The notes beneath the pieces were generated by a model, which had not been told where the DNA came from, made no database searches, and worked only from the letters and a program-made list of their open reading frames with translations. Of a stretch of DNA of 64,000 nucleotides, positions 41,089 through 57,606 are shown piece by piece; positions within the stretch are counted from its first letter, which is position 1; every line of letters starts with the position of its first letter. This DNA comes from Eledone cirrhosa (Eukaryota): the NCBI GenBank assembly GCA_964016885.1, contig OZ024742.1, positions 103,292,001 to 103,356,000 of the forward strand. The letters run 5' to 3'. The translations under genes and the position numbers were made by a program.

Positions 41089-42927
41089 TAGAGAGAGAGA
41101 GAGAGAGAGAGATTTATCTAGTCCTTCGCTCAAGATTAATCTATAAGTTTAGATGTTTGCCTTCGTTTAAGTAAATATTACAGTAAGATTTTTAATATAA
41201 ACAACTACAAAAAACAATTAATATTAAAACGAAAAAATTATCAATGATAAAAGAAGCGGATGCAACTTTTTTTTTTATAAAGTTATATTCCTGTTTCTTT
41301 AAAGAACATTTCATTTTTGTTCTATTGTAGGCGAAATAATGCAATGGTTTAATAGGGAAGATATAACTTACGAATTATGTCTCTAACCGTGTAACGCTTT
41401 TTAAGTAGATAACTACAATTGAAAATACTAAAGAAATGGAACCAACAATTCAATTTGAAAGTCGTCTAGTGACAGTGTATTACTGGTACTTTATTTTATC
41501 GACCCCGTAACGATGAAAGGCAAAAATGCAAATGCTTAAAATTTAAATTGCCTTAATTCTATCGTCTGCTGTTTCATTAAAGGGAGATTATCGTCTGTAT
41601 TTAATTCTATCGTCTACTGTTCCACTAAACAGATATACCTCCACTATCGTCTCTATTTATACATTTTAACTTATAACTTATACACATTTGATTTGAAATA
41701 TTTTATCTAGTCCCCCCTCTCAATATTATGATGATTTCTTTCGAATGAAACAGTTCTAGTCCTGTAGAAGCCATTTATATATATAATTGAACTGAGTTAA
41801 AAATTCACAATATTTATAATTAAATAAGCTCATATATATATGTGTGTATTTATCTGTTTATTGTATTATATATAATGTGTGTATATACAGGATGTCCCCC
41901 AAAAATATATACACACTTCAACAGCATTCTAATAACTATTGCCTGTACAGGTAATCAAAGTGTCAATCGAATGTTAGTTTCGTGTTTTAACAGTACAAAT
42001 TTACAATACACACATAAAACCAGTGTATATACATACATGAATGTGTATACACATACATGAATGTGTATATACAATATATATGTATATATATATAGACACA
42101 TATATTCACGGTGCAACGGTACATTAAAATATAGATGCGGGAGAGGGGGGTGTATATATAGGGGCGCTGGGGATAAAGGAGTGTAAAGCGTGTGTAATTG
42201 ATATATTGAAGGAGAGGAGCGTGCAGCGATAGAGTAACAAATATATAGAGAGGGGGAGAGATGGTATTGAAGGGGAGGACTGCAAATCGAAAGAGTAAGA
42301 GATATATATAGAGACGGAACAGATAGAGAGAAACAGGCGTAAGTAACAGTGGAAGAGATATAGAGAGAGGTACTCTGATTGGTTGAAAATTAGCCAATGA
42401 CATACGATCACCACCACCACGGCTATCCCCGAAAAATTTTTAAAGAAGCTAGGCATATATGTTAGAACACGAAAAGTGAACATTCTGTGTTTCACACTTT
42501 TCGTGTTCTAACAGATACAGACACACGGGCGTTAATGATTAACACCGCTATAAATAGCAACAAAATGTCTTTAAAATTATAGCGACGATGACAACACCAA
42601 TAAAAACTTTGATGCAACTCAAGTGGAACACTTTATCTGACTATCAACACAGGAAGTTGATATATCTCTCAACCAATCGTTATTTTATTGATGTGGTGTG
42701 ATGATCTGCTCATAATATCGTCCATTTAACATCACGCTGTTGTCTTAGGTTACAGAGAAAGTTTACACTACGGTTGACTGCAATCAGCAGCTTTTGTGTC
42801 ATTTTTGTGTCATTAAATACTTCGTATAATAAGCCAAGACATCTTTATTAAAAATAGTATATCTTGGGCAAGTGTTAGCTCGGATTTCAAAGTTTCATTC
42901 ACTGTTTTATAAAAAGAAATATAATAA

Positions 42928-43105
42928 TTGTTTCTACTTTTGGCACAAGGCCAGTAATTATCTCAGTGCATTACTGGTACTTTATTTTATCGACCCCATA
43001 AGGATGAAAGGCAAAGTTAACATCGGCGGGATTTGAACTCAGAACATAAAGAAACGTAACTCTATACTGCGAAGCAGGGTGTCCGACGCTCTACCAATTC
43101 AGCCA
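42928..43105 (-). mobile_element. OK-like SINE (a further copy at about 43310-43520)
   Basis: actggtactttattttatcgacccc..ggatgaaaggcaaagtt..ggatttgaactcag. Confidence 0.8.
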
Positions 43106-44127
43106 ATGCTTGCAGAACGAAAGCACAAACAAATATAATATAAAGGAAAGGGAAAATAGGAACAAAAGAAAGGAAAAGAGAGAGAAAAGAAAAAAAAACA
43201 CAGAAGCGGTTAACACACACATCTGGGATCACATACAACAAAAGGCAAGCGAAAGAGGTGGACAACCGAGCCGCTACCAGAGTAAAAGATAACAGTGTCA
43301 AGGTTTCTAATTTAGGTACTAGGTTAGCTGTTTGATGGCGATGGGAAACTCGATTAAAACATCCCAGTATTTGTCTCGTACTATATTTTATCGACCAGGG
43401 CAAAAATAAAATGCAAAGTTGACATCGGCTGGATTTGAACTCAGAGCGTAAAAGGGCTGTAACTATATGCCGCAGAGCATTTTGTCCGACGTTCAACTGA
43501 TACTACCAATACTCCGCCCTGGTTTCTAATATAAGCACAAATCCGGATTTTTTTTGCGTTACTTTATTTTATCATCGACTCTGGAAAAACGAAAGGCAAA
43601 ATTGTCCTCGATGGGATTTGTTCGAAACTCCACAGAAGCATGTTTCTGTTCAGGTTAACAGTGCAGCGACTCGAGCCGCCCACGTGTAGATTTATGACTG
43701 TGGTTCTCACCTCACCGGTCGAGTCTGCACACGTTACCGCTCCACCATCGCCGTGGGACTTGTGAAGAATATCTGCACATAAAGATGGCAATGCTATGTG
43801 CTTGTGCTACACACATAGCACCCACTCCATTCTTGCAATTGTGTTCAGTGGCAACCCAAGGAAAGTTAACTGGACAGTTACAAGGATCGCATGTGTTGTT
43901 GTCATAGAGTTTAACCTCTCCAGAGGTGTAGCCGTACTCACCATGCTTGGCCAATTGCAGGTTGGTGAGGCTATTTAACCTATAGCTGGGGTGATTGCCC
44001 ATTGACTCTGTGGAGTTCACCTGTTCTTTGTCAGGTCAGGTCTCTGCCTGCTACTGGTGCCATGTAGGACAGTACAATCTGTTTCACGGTCGGGTGGTCG
44101 GTGACTAAACCAACTCCCCCATCAGAC

Positions 44128-44186
<59 letters not shown>

Positions 44187-44480
44187 GGAAACATTTGAAC
44201 AGGAACAAAACAGAGAGGCAGTACAACGAATGTTTATTAATTTCACGCTCTGGAGAGTGGGGTGGTGGTGGGGAACGACGTTTCAGGCATAAGCCCTTCC
44301 TCAGGTGAGAAGTGTGTGGGAACAGAGTTCAAAGGGTGTGTAGGGGAGTGGTGAAGAGACATATAGCGAAAGGAAAAGGTGCGATTAAAAATAAAAATAA
44401 AAATAAAGCATGATCAAAATAAAAGGAATGAAATAAAATTAAATATAAAAGCATGATCAAAATAAACTGAAATTAAGTAA

Positions 44481-47907
<3,427 letters not shown>

Positions 47908-48146
47908 TTTTCTCTAGTTCCTGACTGTTCTCTAGTGGGGGTGTCTTAATTAGGATGTTTATATCATCTACGTAGCGGGAGTACATTATCAGGGTTAAGG
48001 GGTCTTCTAATTGTTGTTTAAGTCTACTGTCCCACCATACCATGAATAAGTTAGCTATTTCGCCTGCAATGCTAACACCAATGGCTGCTCCTTCCTCTTG
48101 GGCATATGTTTTTCCATTAAATTTGAACAGTCAAGAACTAGAGAAA

Positions 48147-49232
48147 AACAGTCAGGAACTAGAGAAAAACACAATGGAAAGCATCCAGCAAATAGCAAAC
48201 TCCATCCACCAGAGCATTAGAGTTACTATAGACTACCCAAGTAAACACCCCAACCATCGATTACCTGCACTAGACACAGAGCTCTGGTTAGATACCGTTA
48301 ACAACAAAAAACAAATCCTCCATTCCCATTATGCCAAACCCATGACTTCCAAACATCTGATCCACCGAAACTCGGCCATTTCGGACCATACCAAAATCAA
48401 CATACTGATTGCGGATTTGGTACGGGTGATGAAAAATGTGTCCCGCATGTGCAACCCCGAAGAACTAGAGAGACACATACAACACTTCATCCACCGTATG
48501 CAGTTCTCTGGCTACAATCAGAGAGATAGAATCAGAGTGTATAGAGGAGCCAGAACCAAATGGGAAAAAATGGTAAATAATGACATAAATGGGACCTGCC
48601 CCTTGTATAGGAGCAAATTTTGGAATAGAATAGAAAGAACTAGGAACAAGGCTAATAGAATAAACTCATGGTATGATAGCAATAAATACCAGAGTGTAAT
48701 GTTCATCGATACATCTCCTAGAGGTGAACTAGCTTACACATTTAGAAGGGCCCTAAATAAACATAAACTCAATATTAAGATAGTAGAAAGACCAGGTACC
48801 TCCGTAAAAACACTTATTAGCAAGACATACCCTTTTCAAAGACCCTCATGTATAGATAAGAAATGTGTAACCTGTAAAATAAGCCCCCATATTAACTGTA
48901 AAACTAGAAATGTAGTGTATAGCATAAGATGTACTGAAGGACAATGTAGAGACAAAAATATAGTGTACATAGGTGAGACAGCTCGTAGTGTAGGGGAACG
49001 GATAAATGAACACTGGCGAGACCTTCAAGATAATAAAGAATCATCTGTACTCTACCAACATGCTAAGATAGAACACAAGGGTAAATTAGAGAACATAGAA
49101 ATAAAAATAGAATCTACACACAGAAAAGACGCAATGTTTAGACAAATTACAGAGGCAATAAACATAAAAGAATTACAACCAAAATTAAATAGAAAATATG
49201 AGTGGAACAGCAACATCACAACTTACAATTAA
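48147..49232 (+). pseudogene. 5'-truncated duplicate of the PLE ORF (RT thumb plus GIY-YIG)
   Basis: The translation is identical to the C-terminal part of 51011..53305. The N-terminus of the listed ORF 48042..49232 is antisense RT from the inverted segment. Confidence 0.9.
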
Positions 49233-49433
49233 GGACAAAATGAAACACACACACACACATAGAACAAACAACCAACCAGTAACATGTAAATAAACAAATA
49301 GATAAATGAACATAAACACACACAGACACCCGGATGTGGCGCATGCGCAGACTGAACACACAACACACACACAGAAACAAAATGGCGTAGGACAGAACAA
49401 AGGAGAGGCACAGAAACAAAGAAAGGAATCCCC

Positions 49434-49478
49434 AGTCACTGAAGAGGTCACAGAGTGGGTGACGAAAGAACTATGACT
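49434..49478 (+). ncRNA. Type I hammerhead ribozyme in the upstream pLTR
   Basis: agtca-CTGAAGA-g gtcac agagtgg gtgac-GAAA-gaac-TA-tgact. Stem I is agtca/tgact, stem II is gtcac/gtgac, and the triplet is CUA. Confidence 0.75.
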
Positions 49479-49600
49479 ATATATAAACAACTATCTGGTT
49501 GTGGAACCAACCAACCAACCAGAAATTTATAAATTTGTAAATTTATAAATATATAATAAATTGAAGTGAAAGCATGGTGCGTGTGTTTCTTATTGGCAAC

Positions 49601-52600
49601 ATGACCCTCCCAAAGTATAACAATATCGGTTTCAACACACGATTTCAGATAAAGAATCTTGCTAAACAAATTCAGAAACGAAATATCGTAAGCCTTAGCC
49701 AGGCTAACAAGATACTGAAAACCACTATGTTCTGTTGTCTACGAAAAACCATAACATCTCGACAACTACACTTCATAAAACAGTGTGCCTCGTCCCAAGT
49801 CTACACCAACACCATCAACACCGATGTTAGAAGATTACAACTCACCAAAAAAACAAGCAGATAGGCTAAAACGAACATTAATTCTAAACATAAAAAAGAA
49901 GATCTATAGAGAATTAAGTCATCAAGAAAAACCTAAGCGTAACCTAATACAAGAATTGCTAGGATCACCACACCAAGAGAGAAACTAATATTTATAAGCC
50001 TTATACGCCCCGAAGAACAGTACATTACTCAAGAATGTGATAAGCACTTTAACAAGAAACTAAAGTGGCTTAAGCAGATAAAGCTAAATCAGGATACTAT
50101 AGAGAATACCAATAGATATCCCGACAAAATTGACGGTATAAATATGGCCGACACCTCATTAACAGAAGAGTTCAACAACAAAAACACAAATATATATGGT
50201 AACGCAAGAATAGATAATGACGAAATGTCTGTGTTATGTTTACCCCCGAAATTTGCGACATTCAAGAAGGTAAATATGATTAGTTGTCTGTCAGAAATAG
50301 AAAAATCATTTACAAAACTACGCTGGAGCATCAAAAACAAAAACAAAAACAAAAACAAAAGCAACAATATACGCGCACACATATACAACACACATCCCAA
50401 CAACAACAGACACACAGACACAAACAACAATAACAACAACACACACATCAACAACAACAACAATAACAACATACCCAGAAACAACAACAACAGACACGCA
50501 GACACAAACAACAATAACAACACACACAACAACAATAACACACACGGAGACAACAACAACACACATCAACAACAGCACACATCAACAACAACAATACACA
50601 CGCATTCAATGCCTCTCACCACCACCACAATCTTAACAAACACACAGACACAGAAAACAAGTAATGACAGTAGCACAGAAATCACAGAAATAAGGGAAAG
50701 TAATAGGATTAAAAGGAGAAGGGAGACTAAGGACAAAGAGAATAACCAAGACGAACACACAGACACACAAAATAGGGTAGATAACAACAATGAGCCAGTG
50801 GAAAGAGACAGGAGTAATTAGGAGAGACATAGAAACAACCATGAGGCTGTTGGTGGAAATAGAAATAGAAACAACACAACTAACAATAACAATAGCACTA
50901 GTACACATAAAGCAGCAGCCTGGAACTCTCCGTTTTATAATCCCTCCGATAAATCATTCGACCTGCGACGAGTCCACGCCACGACTTTACCATTTAACAA
51001 ACGCACGCAATTGCCGTCGCAGGTCGATGAACAAACAGAAGCACAATTTAGTATAGCTAGATCCGAACTTAGAAATATTATAGAACAGTATAGCAAGAAG
51101 CATAATAGAATGGAGGCCCAGCAACTGGGAGAAAAATCTGCAAATGGCTTGCGTAAGCTCATGCAGCGCTCACGTAATGGAGAGATAGCATGCTTTCCAA
51201 CAGACAAGTCTGGCAGAATGTCGGTTGACAGCCTTCCAAACTACATCCAGGCAATGCAACCCCACATCACTAACACAAGAGAGGTAACACCACAGGAGCA
51301 TGAGGATAGAGAAAAAGCCCTCAATGCCCATATGGTGATGTGGACGAATATAATGCAGCCCAACAAAAGGACTGCCAACAACTTCCAGGCCTGGAACTAT
51401 GACGTGCCGGCGTTGTATGGGCTTCGAAAAGACCATAAAACGGGCTGTGACCCTGTCGCGGGACCACCAACACGGCCAGTCTGTGGAGCTAACATTGCTA
51501 GTAACTACAGACTGTCCTACTTCCTCTCCCTGATCATACGCCCCATCATTGAAATGTCCCCAGATGTATGTGACAGCACGGAGGACCTCCTCAGCAGAAT
51601 CGGCGTGAGTAACCGATCTGGGGACCTAACAAACTGCATAATAGGCAGTATGGATGTTGTGTCCCTGTATCCATCTATTGACGTGGATTTTGCTGTGGAG
51701 AAATGCGTAGAAATGATCAGTGAGAGCAAGGTTGAGTTCCGTGGGATTGATACCAGTGAGCTGGGACTCCTACTTAAGCTTACCTATAGTAATAGTTACC
51801 TAGACACTTATGACCTTAGCAACCTGTGCCCTACAAGACCAGCAAGAGGCAGACCACCTACCATTACCTCAATGGCCAAGAAAACCCACACAGATAGATG
51901 GAACGGGTGGACCAGAGCCATACGGACACCCGAAAACCACGATGAACTGAAGAAAATAATTGCACATGCGGTAGGGGCCAGCATAAAACTAACCCTTAAG
52001 GAACATATGTTCAAATTTAATGGAAAAACATATGCCCAAGAGGAGAGAGCAGCCATTGGTGTTAGCATTGCAGGCGACATAGCTAACTTATTCATGGTAT
52101 GGTGGGACAGTAGACTTAAACTTAAACTTAGAGAACAATTAGAAGACCCCTTAACCCTGATAATGTACTCCCGCTACGTAGATGATATAAACATCGTAGT
52201 TAAGACACCCCCACTAGAGAACAGTCAGGAACTAGAGAAAAACACAATGGAAAGCATCCAGCAAATAGCAAACTCCATCCACCAGAGCATTAGAGTTACT
52301 ATAGACTACCCAAGTAAACACCCCAACCATCGATTACCTGCACTAGACACAGAGCTCTGGTTAGATACCGTTAACAACAAAAAACAAATCCTCCATTCCC
52401 ATTATGCCAAACCCATGACTTCCAAACATCTGATCCACCGAAACTCGGCCATTTCGGACCATACCAAAATCAACATACTGATTGCGGATTTGGTACGGGT
52501 GATGAAAAATGTGTCCCGCATGTGCAACCCCGAAGAACTAGAGAGACACATACAACACTTCATCCACCGTATGCAGTTCTCTGGCTACAATCAGAGAGAT

Positions 52601-53305
52601 AGAATCAGAGTGTATAGAGGAGCCAGAACCAAATGGGAAAAAATGGTAAATAATGACATAAATGGGACCTGCCCCTTGTATAGGAGCAAATTTTGGAATA
52701 GAATAGAAAGAACTAGGAACAAGGCTAATAGAATAAACTCATGGTATGATAGCAATAAATACCAGAGTGTAATGTTCATCGATACATCTCCTAGAGGTGA
52801 ACTAGCTTACACATTTAGAAGGGCCCTAAATAAACATAAACTCAATATTAAGATAGTAGAAAGACCAGGTACCTCCGTAAAAACACTTATTAGCAAGACA
52901 TACCCTTTTCAAAGACCCTCATGTATAGATAAGAAATGTGTAACCTGTAAAATAAGCCCCCATATTAACTGTAAAACTAGAAATGTAGTGTATAGCATAA
53001 GATGTACTGAAGGACAATGTAGAGACAAAAATATAGTGTACATAGGTGAGACAGCTCGTAGTGTAGGGGAACGGATAAATGAACACTGGCGAGACCTTCA
53101 AGATAATAAAGAATCATCTGTACTCTACCAACATGCTAAGATAGAACACAAGGGTAAATTAGAGAACATAGAAATAAAAATAGAATCTACACACAGAAAA
53201 GACGCAATGTTTAGACAAATTACAGAGGCAATAAACATAAAAGAATTACAACCAAAATTAAATAGAAAATATGAGTGGAACAGCAACATCACAACTTACA
53301 ATTAA
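49601..53305 (+). CDS. PLE polyprotein (reverse transcriptase plus GIY-YIG endonuclease), about 1,230 codons, disrupted upstream of 50822
   Basis: [97 protein letters not shown]. The frame-2 reading is broken by two compensating frameshifts (about 49850 and 49980) and a TAG at 50819-50821. Confidence 0.9.
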
Positions 53306-53506
53306 GGACAAAATGAAACACACACACACACATAGAACAAACAACCAACCAGTAACATGTAAATAAACAAATAGATAAATGAACATAAACACACACAGAC
53401 ACCCGGATGTGGCGCATGCGCAGACTGAACACACAACACACACACAGAAACAAAATGGCGTAGGACAGAACAAAGGAGAGGCACAGAAACAAAGAAAGGA
53501 ATCCCC

Positions 53507-53551
53507 AGTCACTGAAGAGGTCACAGAGTGGGTGACGAAAGAACTATGACT
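53507..53551 (+). ncRNA. Type I hammerhead ribozyme in the downstream pLTR
   Basis: Identical to 49434-49478. Confidence 0.75.
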
Positions 53552-53677
53552 ATATATAAACAACTATCTGGTTGTGGAACCAACCAACCAACCAGAAATT
53601 TATAAATATATAATAAATTGAAGTGAAAGTAACTGGTGCGTGTGTTTCTTATTGGCAACATGACCTTCCCAAACTAT

Positions 53678-53745
<68 letters not shown>

Positions 53746-54275
53746 CTGTACATATATATATATATATATATATAACATATATACATATATATAAATAAAC
53801 TTTAAAATATTTTCAGCATTTTAAACCTGGTGTAGACCATCCTCTCTCCGGGTGTGAACACAATCGATTTCTTCCAGAGGAGAGAGAGAGGAAGTGAGAA
53901 AATAATATAGAGGAAGAATCGATCCCAGTATTGGACTGGAACATTTTTTATCGACTCCGAAAGGTTGAACGGCAAAGTTAAGTTTGATGTGATTTGAACT
54001 GAGAAAGCACAGAGATCCAGAACAAATGCCGGAAAGTATTTTATCTGAAGTTCTAACGACTTTGCCAATTCGCTGCGCAGGTAATGTCTACTTGCAGAGA
54101 ATATATGCAGGCATGGCTGTGTGGTCAATAATGCACTTCACAATCACCCCCCCCCCCCCCGTGTTCGATCTTACTGTGTGGCGCCTTGGGCTGGTGTTTT
54201 TGTCTAAGACCTCGGATTAGCATTGTGAGTGAAATTTGATACATAGAAACTGTGTTGAAGCCAGTTTCTTTCCTG

Positions 54276-54371
<96 letters not shown>

Positions 54372-54374
<3 letters not shown>

Positions 54375-54670
54375 TGGATAAACAGCACAGCTCCCATGAC
54401 TTTCGGAAACATTTTTTCACGCTCAGAGTTGTTGAAGCATGGTACAAACTACCTGCATCATCAGTTGTTAGCTGTCGAGACACTGCATTCTTTAAAACCT
54501 CCATGCTTCCTGAGATTCACCAATACTGCACCTGATGTCCCCCCCCCCTCCATACACACGTATGACTCATACACTGTTCATTTTTCTGACATTTGTACAT
54601 TATTCTATGTACTATACATGCACCTTTGATAAGTTGTAATGCACCTAAGCACTGTACATAATAATTTCAT
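54372..54670 (+). mobile_element. CR1-like LINE 3' end
   Basis: RKHFFTLRVVEAWYKLP..VV....FK is a typical CR1-group ORF2 C-terminus, followed by a UTR and an ATT tail. Confidence 0.7.
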
Positions 54671-54760
54671 TCATTATTATTAAGGCGGTGCAATAAAGTA
54701 CCAGTAATGCACTGAGTAATTGCTGGCCTTGTGCCTAAAGTAGAAACAATTATTATCAAG

Positions 54761-54936
54761 GCGGTGGATTGGCAGTGTCGGTAGAAGGTCGGACGCCATG
54801 CTTTGACGCATAGAGTTACGGCCCTTGCCATTCTGTGTTCAAATCTCGCCGAAGTTAACTTTTCCTTACGGGGTCGATAAAATAAAGTACCAGTAACGCA
54901 CTGGATAATTGCTGGCCTTGTGCCAAAAGTAGAAAC
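54761..54936 (+). mobile_element. OK-like SINE (further copies at about 55615-55950 and 60015-60165)
   Basis: Same A/B boxes and body as 21253-21432. Confidence 0.8.
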
Positions 54937-56169
54937 AATTATTATTATATATGTATGTGTATGAGGCGGTGATTACATTTACACTGGTTTAAAAGCTGAG
55001 TTCTTTGTGTTTTTTTTTTATATCGCGTAACTAAGTATTTTGACAAATCGATAAAATAAGAACCAGTTTAAAATAAGTACTGTGGTCGATATAACTGAAA
55101 TCAAATAAAAGAATAAATGATTATAACGAATATATGTAAACTGTCAACATTTAACCCTTTCGTGATCATATTTCTAATTAAATACACCGACTATGATTTA
55201 CTAATAATTTTGAAAAATTTGTAACATAATTTAACAAATGTTCTTTCATAAAATTATGAAAGAAAGGAAGTTTTAAAAACAAACAGTTTTGTATTATAGA
55301 ATGAAGAACAGTTTCAGGCAGGTTGGTTTTAAAACCTTAAATGTTTCTGGATGTATATAACCAAAGTTACGCCATGTTGAGTGTGATGAGTAGTTTGAAA
55401 GGGGCTACAACACTAACTATAGTGATGAATCTGTAATGGTGATAATATACGGTCACTACTAGTTTTATATAAAGGTAAAATGTGCGTAAACAAATGAGAA
55501 AATCTAAACAAGGCTTATGAAACAACAACCAGAAGTGTTATTTAATAATATATCTATTAAAAAAAAAAAATTATCCTACATAAGATTAACCTACAATGAT
55601 GTTGTATAACAAATAATTGTTTCTACTTTTGGCACAATTACCCAAGTTCATTACTGGTATTTTATTTTATCAACCCCGTAAGGATGAAAAGCAAAGTTAA
55701 CTTCGGCAGGATTTGAACTCAGAACGTAAAGAGCCATAACTCTATGCTGCAAAGCATGGTGTCTGACGCTCTACCGATGCTGCAAATCCACCACCAGAAT
55801 CAGTAGAGCGTCGGCCAACATACTTTGCAACATATAGTTATGGCTGAGTTCATAACTTAGCGACGTCAAATTTGCCTTTCATCCATCCAAGGTCGATAAA
55901 ATTTAGTACCAATTATTATCGATTTTCCTTTTCCCCAAATTGCTGGCCTACAACCAGAAAAATGTATTAATTACAGGGAAAATAAACTAATATGGTGACA
56001 GAATGAACCGTACGAAACCAAATTATATATACCTTGATGGAGCATGATTTTTATATATTGTGTGTATGTACCCGGAACTCAGGAGTTACGGATATATACA
56101 TACATACAAGGATTTAAATACAAAGATTTCATTAGCAATTTTTAAAATATATCCTGTAGCTTTAATTGT

Positions 56170-56630
56170 GTGTTCGTGCTTACGCTTATCTACGGTCATG
56201 AATCTTGGATAATGTCCGAAAGAATACGATCTCGTTTGTAAGCAGCCAAAATTGGTTCCTCCGAAGAGACTGGAGTAACGTCAATCGTTAGGGTTCCTAA
56301 CGTAACTCGAAGATGAGGGAGTCACTCCAGGTAGAGCCGTTACTTCTTCATATTGAGAGATCACAGCTCCGGTATTACGGGCATGGAGTTAGAATCTTTA
56401 AAGAAAGAATCGATGGACAGATTTTACGGACAGAATCAGTTGACGGGAGATACAGGGATATACCCCGAGCATGGGTGGATGTTATCCATGAGTTTGGCTG
56501 ATCTCGTTTGGAGATCAAGCCAGATCAATTGGAGACGGTTGCTTCTGATAGAATCCGCTGTAAAGAATGTTTGGGGACTCTGTCCCCACAACCCTCTCAG
56601 GCAGAAGAAGAAGAAGAAGAAGAAGAAGAA
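56170..56630 (+). mobile_element. RTE LINE 3' fragment with (GAA)n tail
   Basis: LTLIYGHESW, MRESLQVEPLLLHIERSQLRYYGH and a (GAA)n tail. Same family as 60328-60720. Confidence 0.8.
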
Positions 56631-57289
56631 GTTTACACCATTGCATTCTTTTTTAAGACTATAGATTTTTATTTGGCTACTATTTTTAGCAGATAGATCA
56701 ACTACGCAGAAGCTACCTTGTTAGTTCGTTAAGATTCCTGTTGGTTTTTATTATTCTTGTTATTGTGTTGTTGCTGTTGTTGGTAGTGGTGGTGTTGTCG
56801 CTGTTGTTGTTATTGTTGGTGGTGATGATGGTGGTGACGGTAATGTTTATGGTGGTTATGGTAATGCTGGTAGGTGTTCTCTTATCATACATCTCCACCA
56901 AGAGCAGACACCGATTCTACAAATAGCTTAGGTTCATGATAATTTGCCATTCATAAGATTTTAACCTTTAGGCATCCCACCATACATTAATACAGGGTTT
57001 ACGAAATATTTTCACTTACCTATACTTAAAGAACTGTACAAACACGGCCTCAATCACCAGCATAACCTCTATATGGGTGTTTGATATCATAAGATTGGAA
57101 TTTCCAATAACTGAAACTTAAATACGAAAGTGATTTGACTACATAAACAATTCAGCGACTTAAAACAAATCGCAAACCCATTTTATATTCTAGGATCAAG
57201 AAAACCTAAACAAATAAAAAACAGTTCCTAAATGTAAGTAACGTGTACTGGTTATCAAACATCAACAGCAAGATGCACACACATGGCAT

Positions 57290-57606
57290 TTCTACATTCA
57301 CTCTACAGCTAGCTCTACATTCCTTCTACATCTAGCCCTACACCACTCTACATCACTCTACATCTAGCTCTACATTCCTTCTACATCTAACTCTACACCA
57401 CTCTACATCTAGCTCTACATTCCTTCTACATCACTCTACATTTAGCTTTACACTACTCTACATCCCGTCTACGTGTAGCTCTACATTACTCTACATCACT
57501 CTATGTCACTCAATAACACTATATCACTCAACAACACTCAATATCACTCTACATCATTTTGCATCTAGTTCTACATCACTCTACATCACTCTACATCACT
57601 CTACAT
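57290..57606. repeat. Minisatellite built from CTCTACAT-containing units of about 10-12 bp
   Basis: Repeated ctctacatca / ctctacatctag. Confidence 0.85.

Larger units (their letters stand above)
47903..53685 (+). mobile_element. Penelope-like element (probably Naiad-like): inverted 5' segment, truncated copy and full-length copy in partial tandem, inserted in (TA)n
   Basis: 48147-49625 repeats at an offset of 4073 (52220-53685). 47903-48129 is an inverted version of 52008-52246. It carries an RT plus GIY-YIG ORF and an HHR in each pLTR. TA lies on both sides. Confidence 0.93.

Noticed and set aside
48042-48146. Apparent novel N-terminus ([11 protein letters not shown]..) of the 396-aa ORF
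   Set aside because: It is the antisense reading of the inverted RT segment, in frame by chance.
49601-53305. Selenoprotein-type recoding, reported for some Naiad PLEs
   Set aside because: No in-frame TGA occurs in the RT/EN frame. The only internal stop in the reconstructed frame is a TAG in the low-complexity insert.
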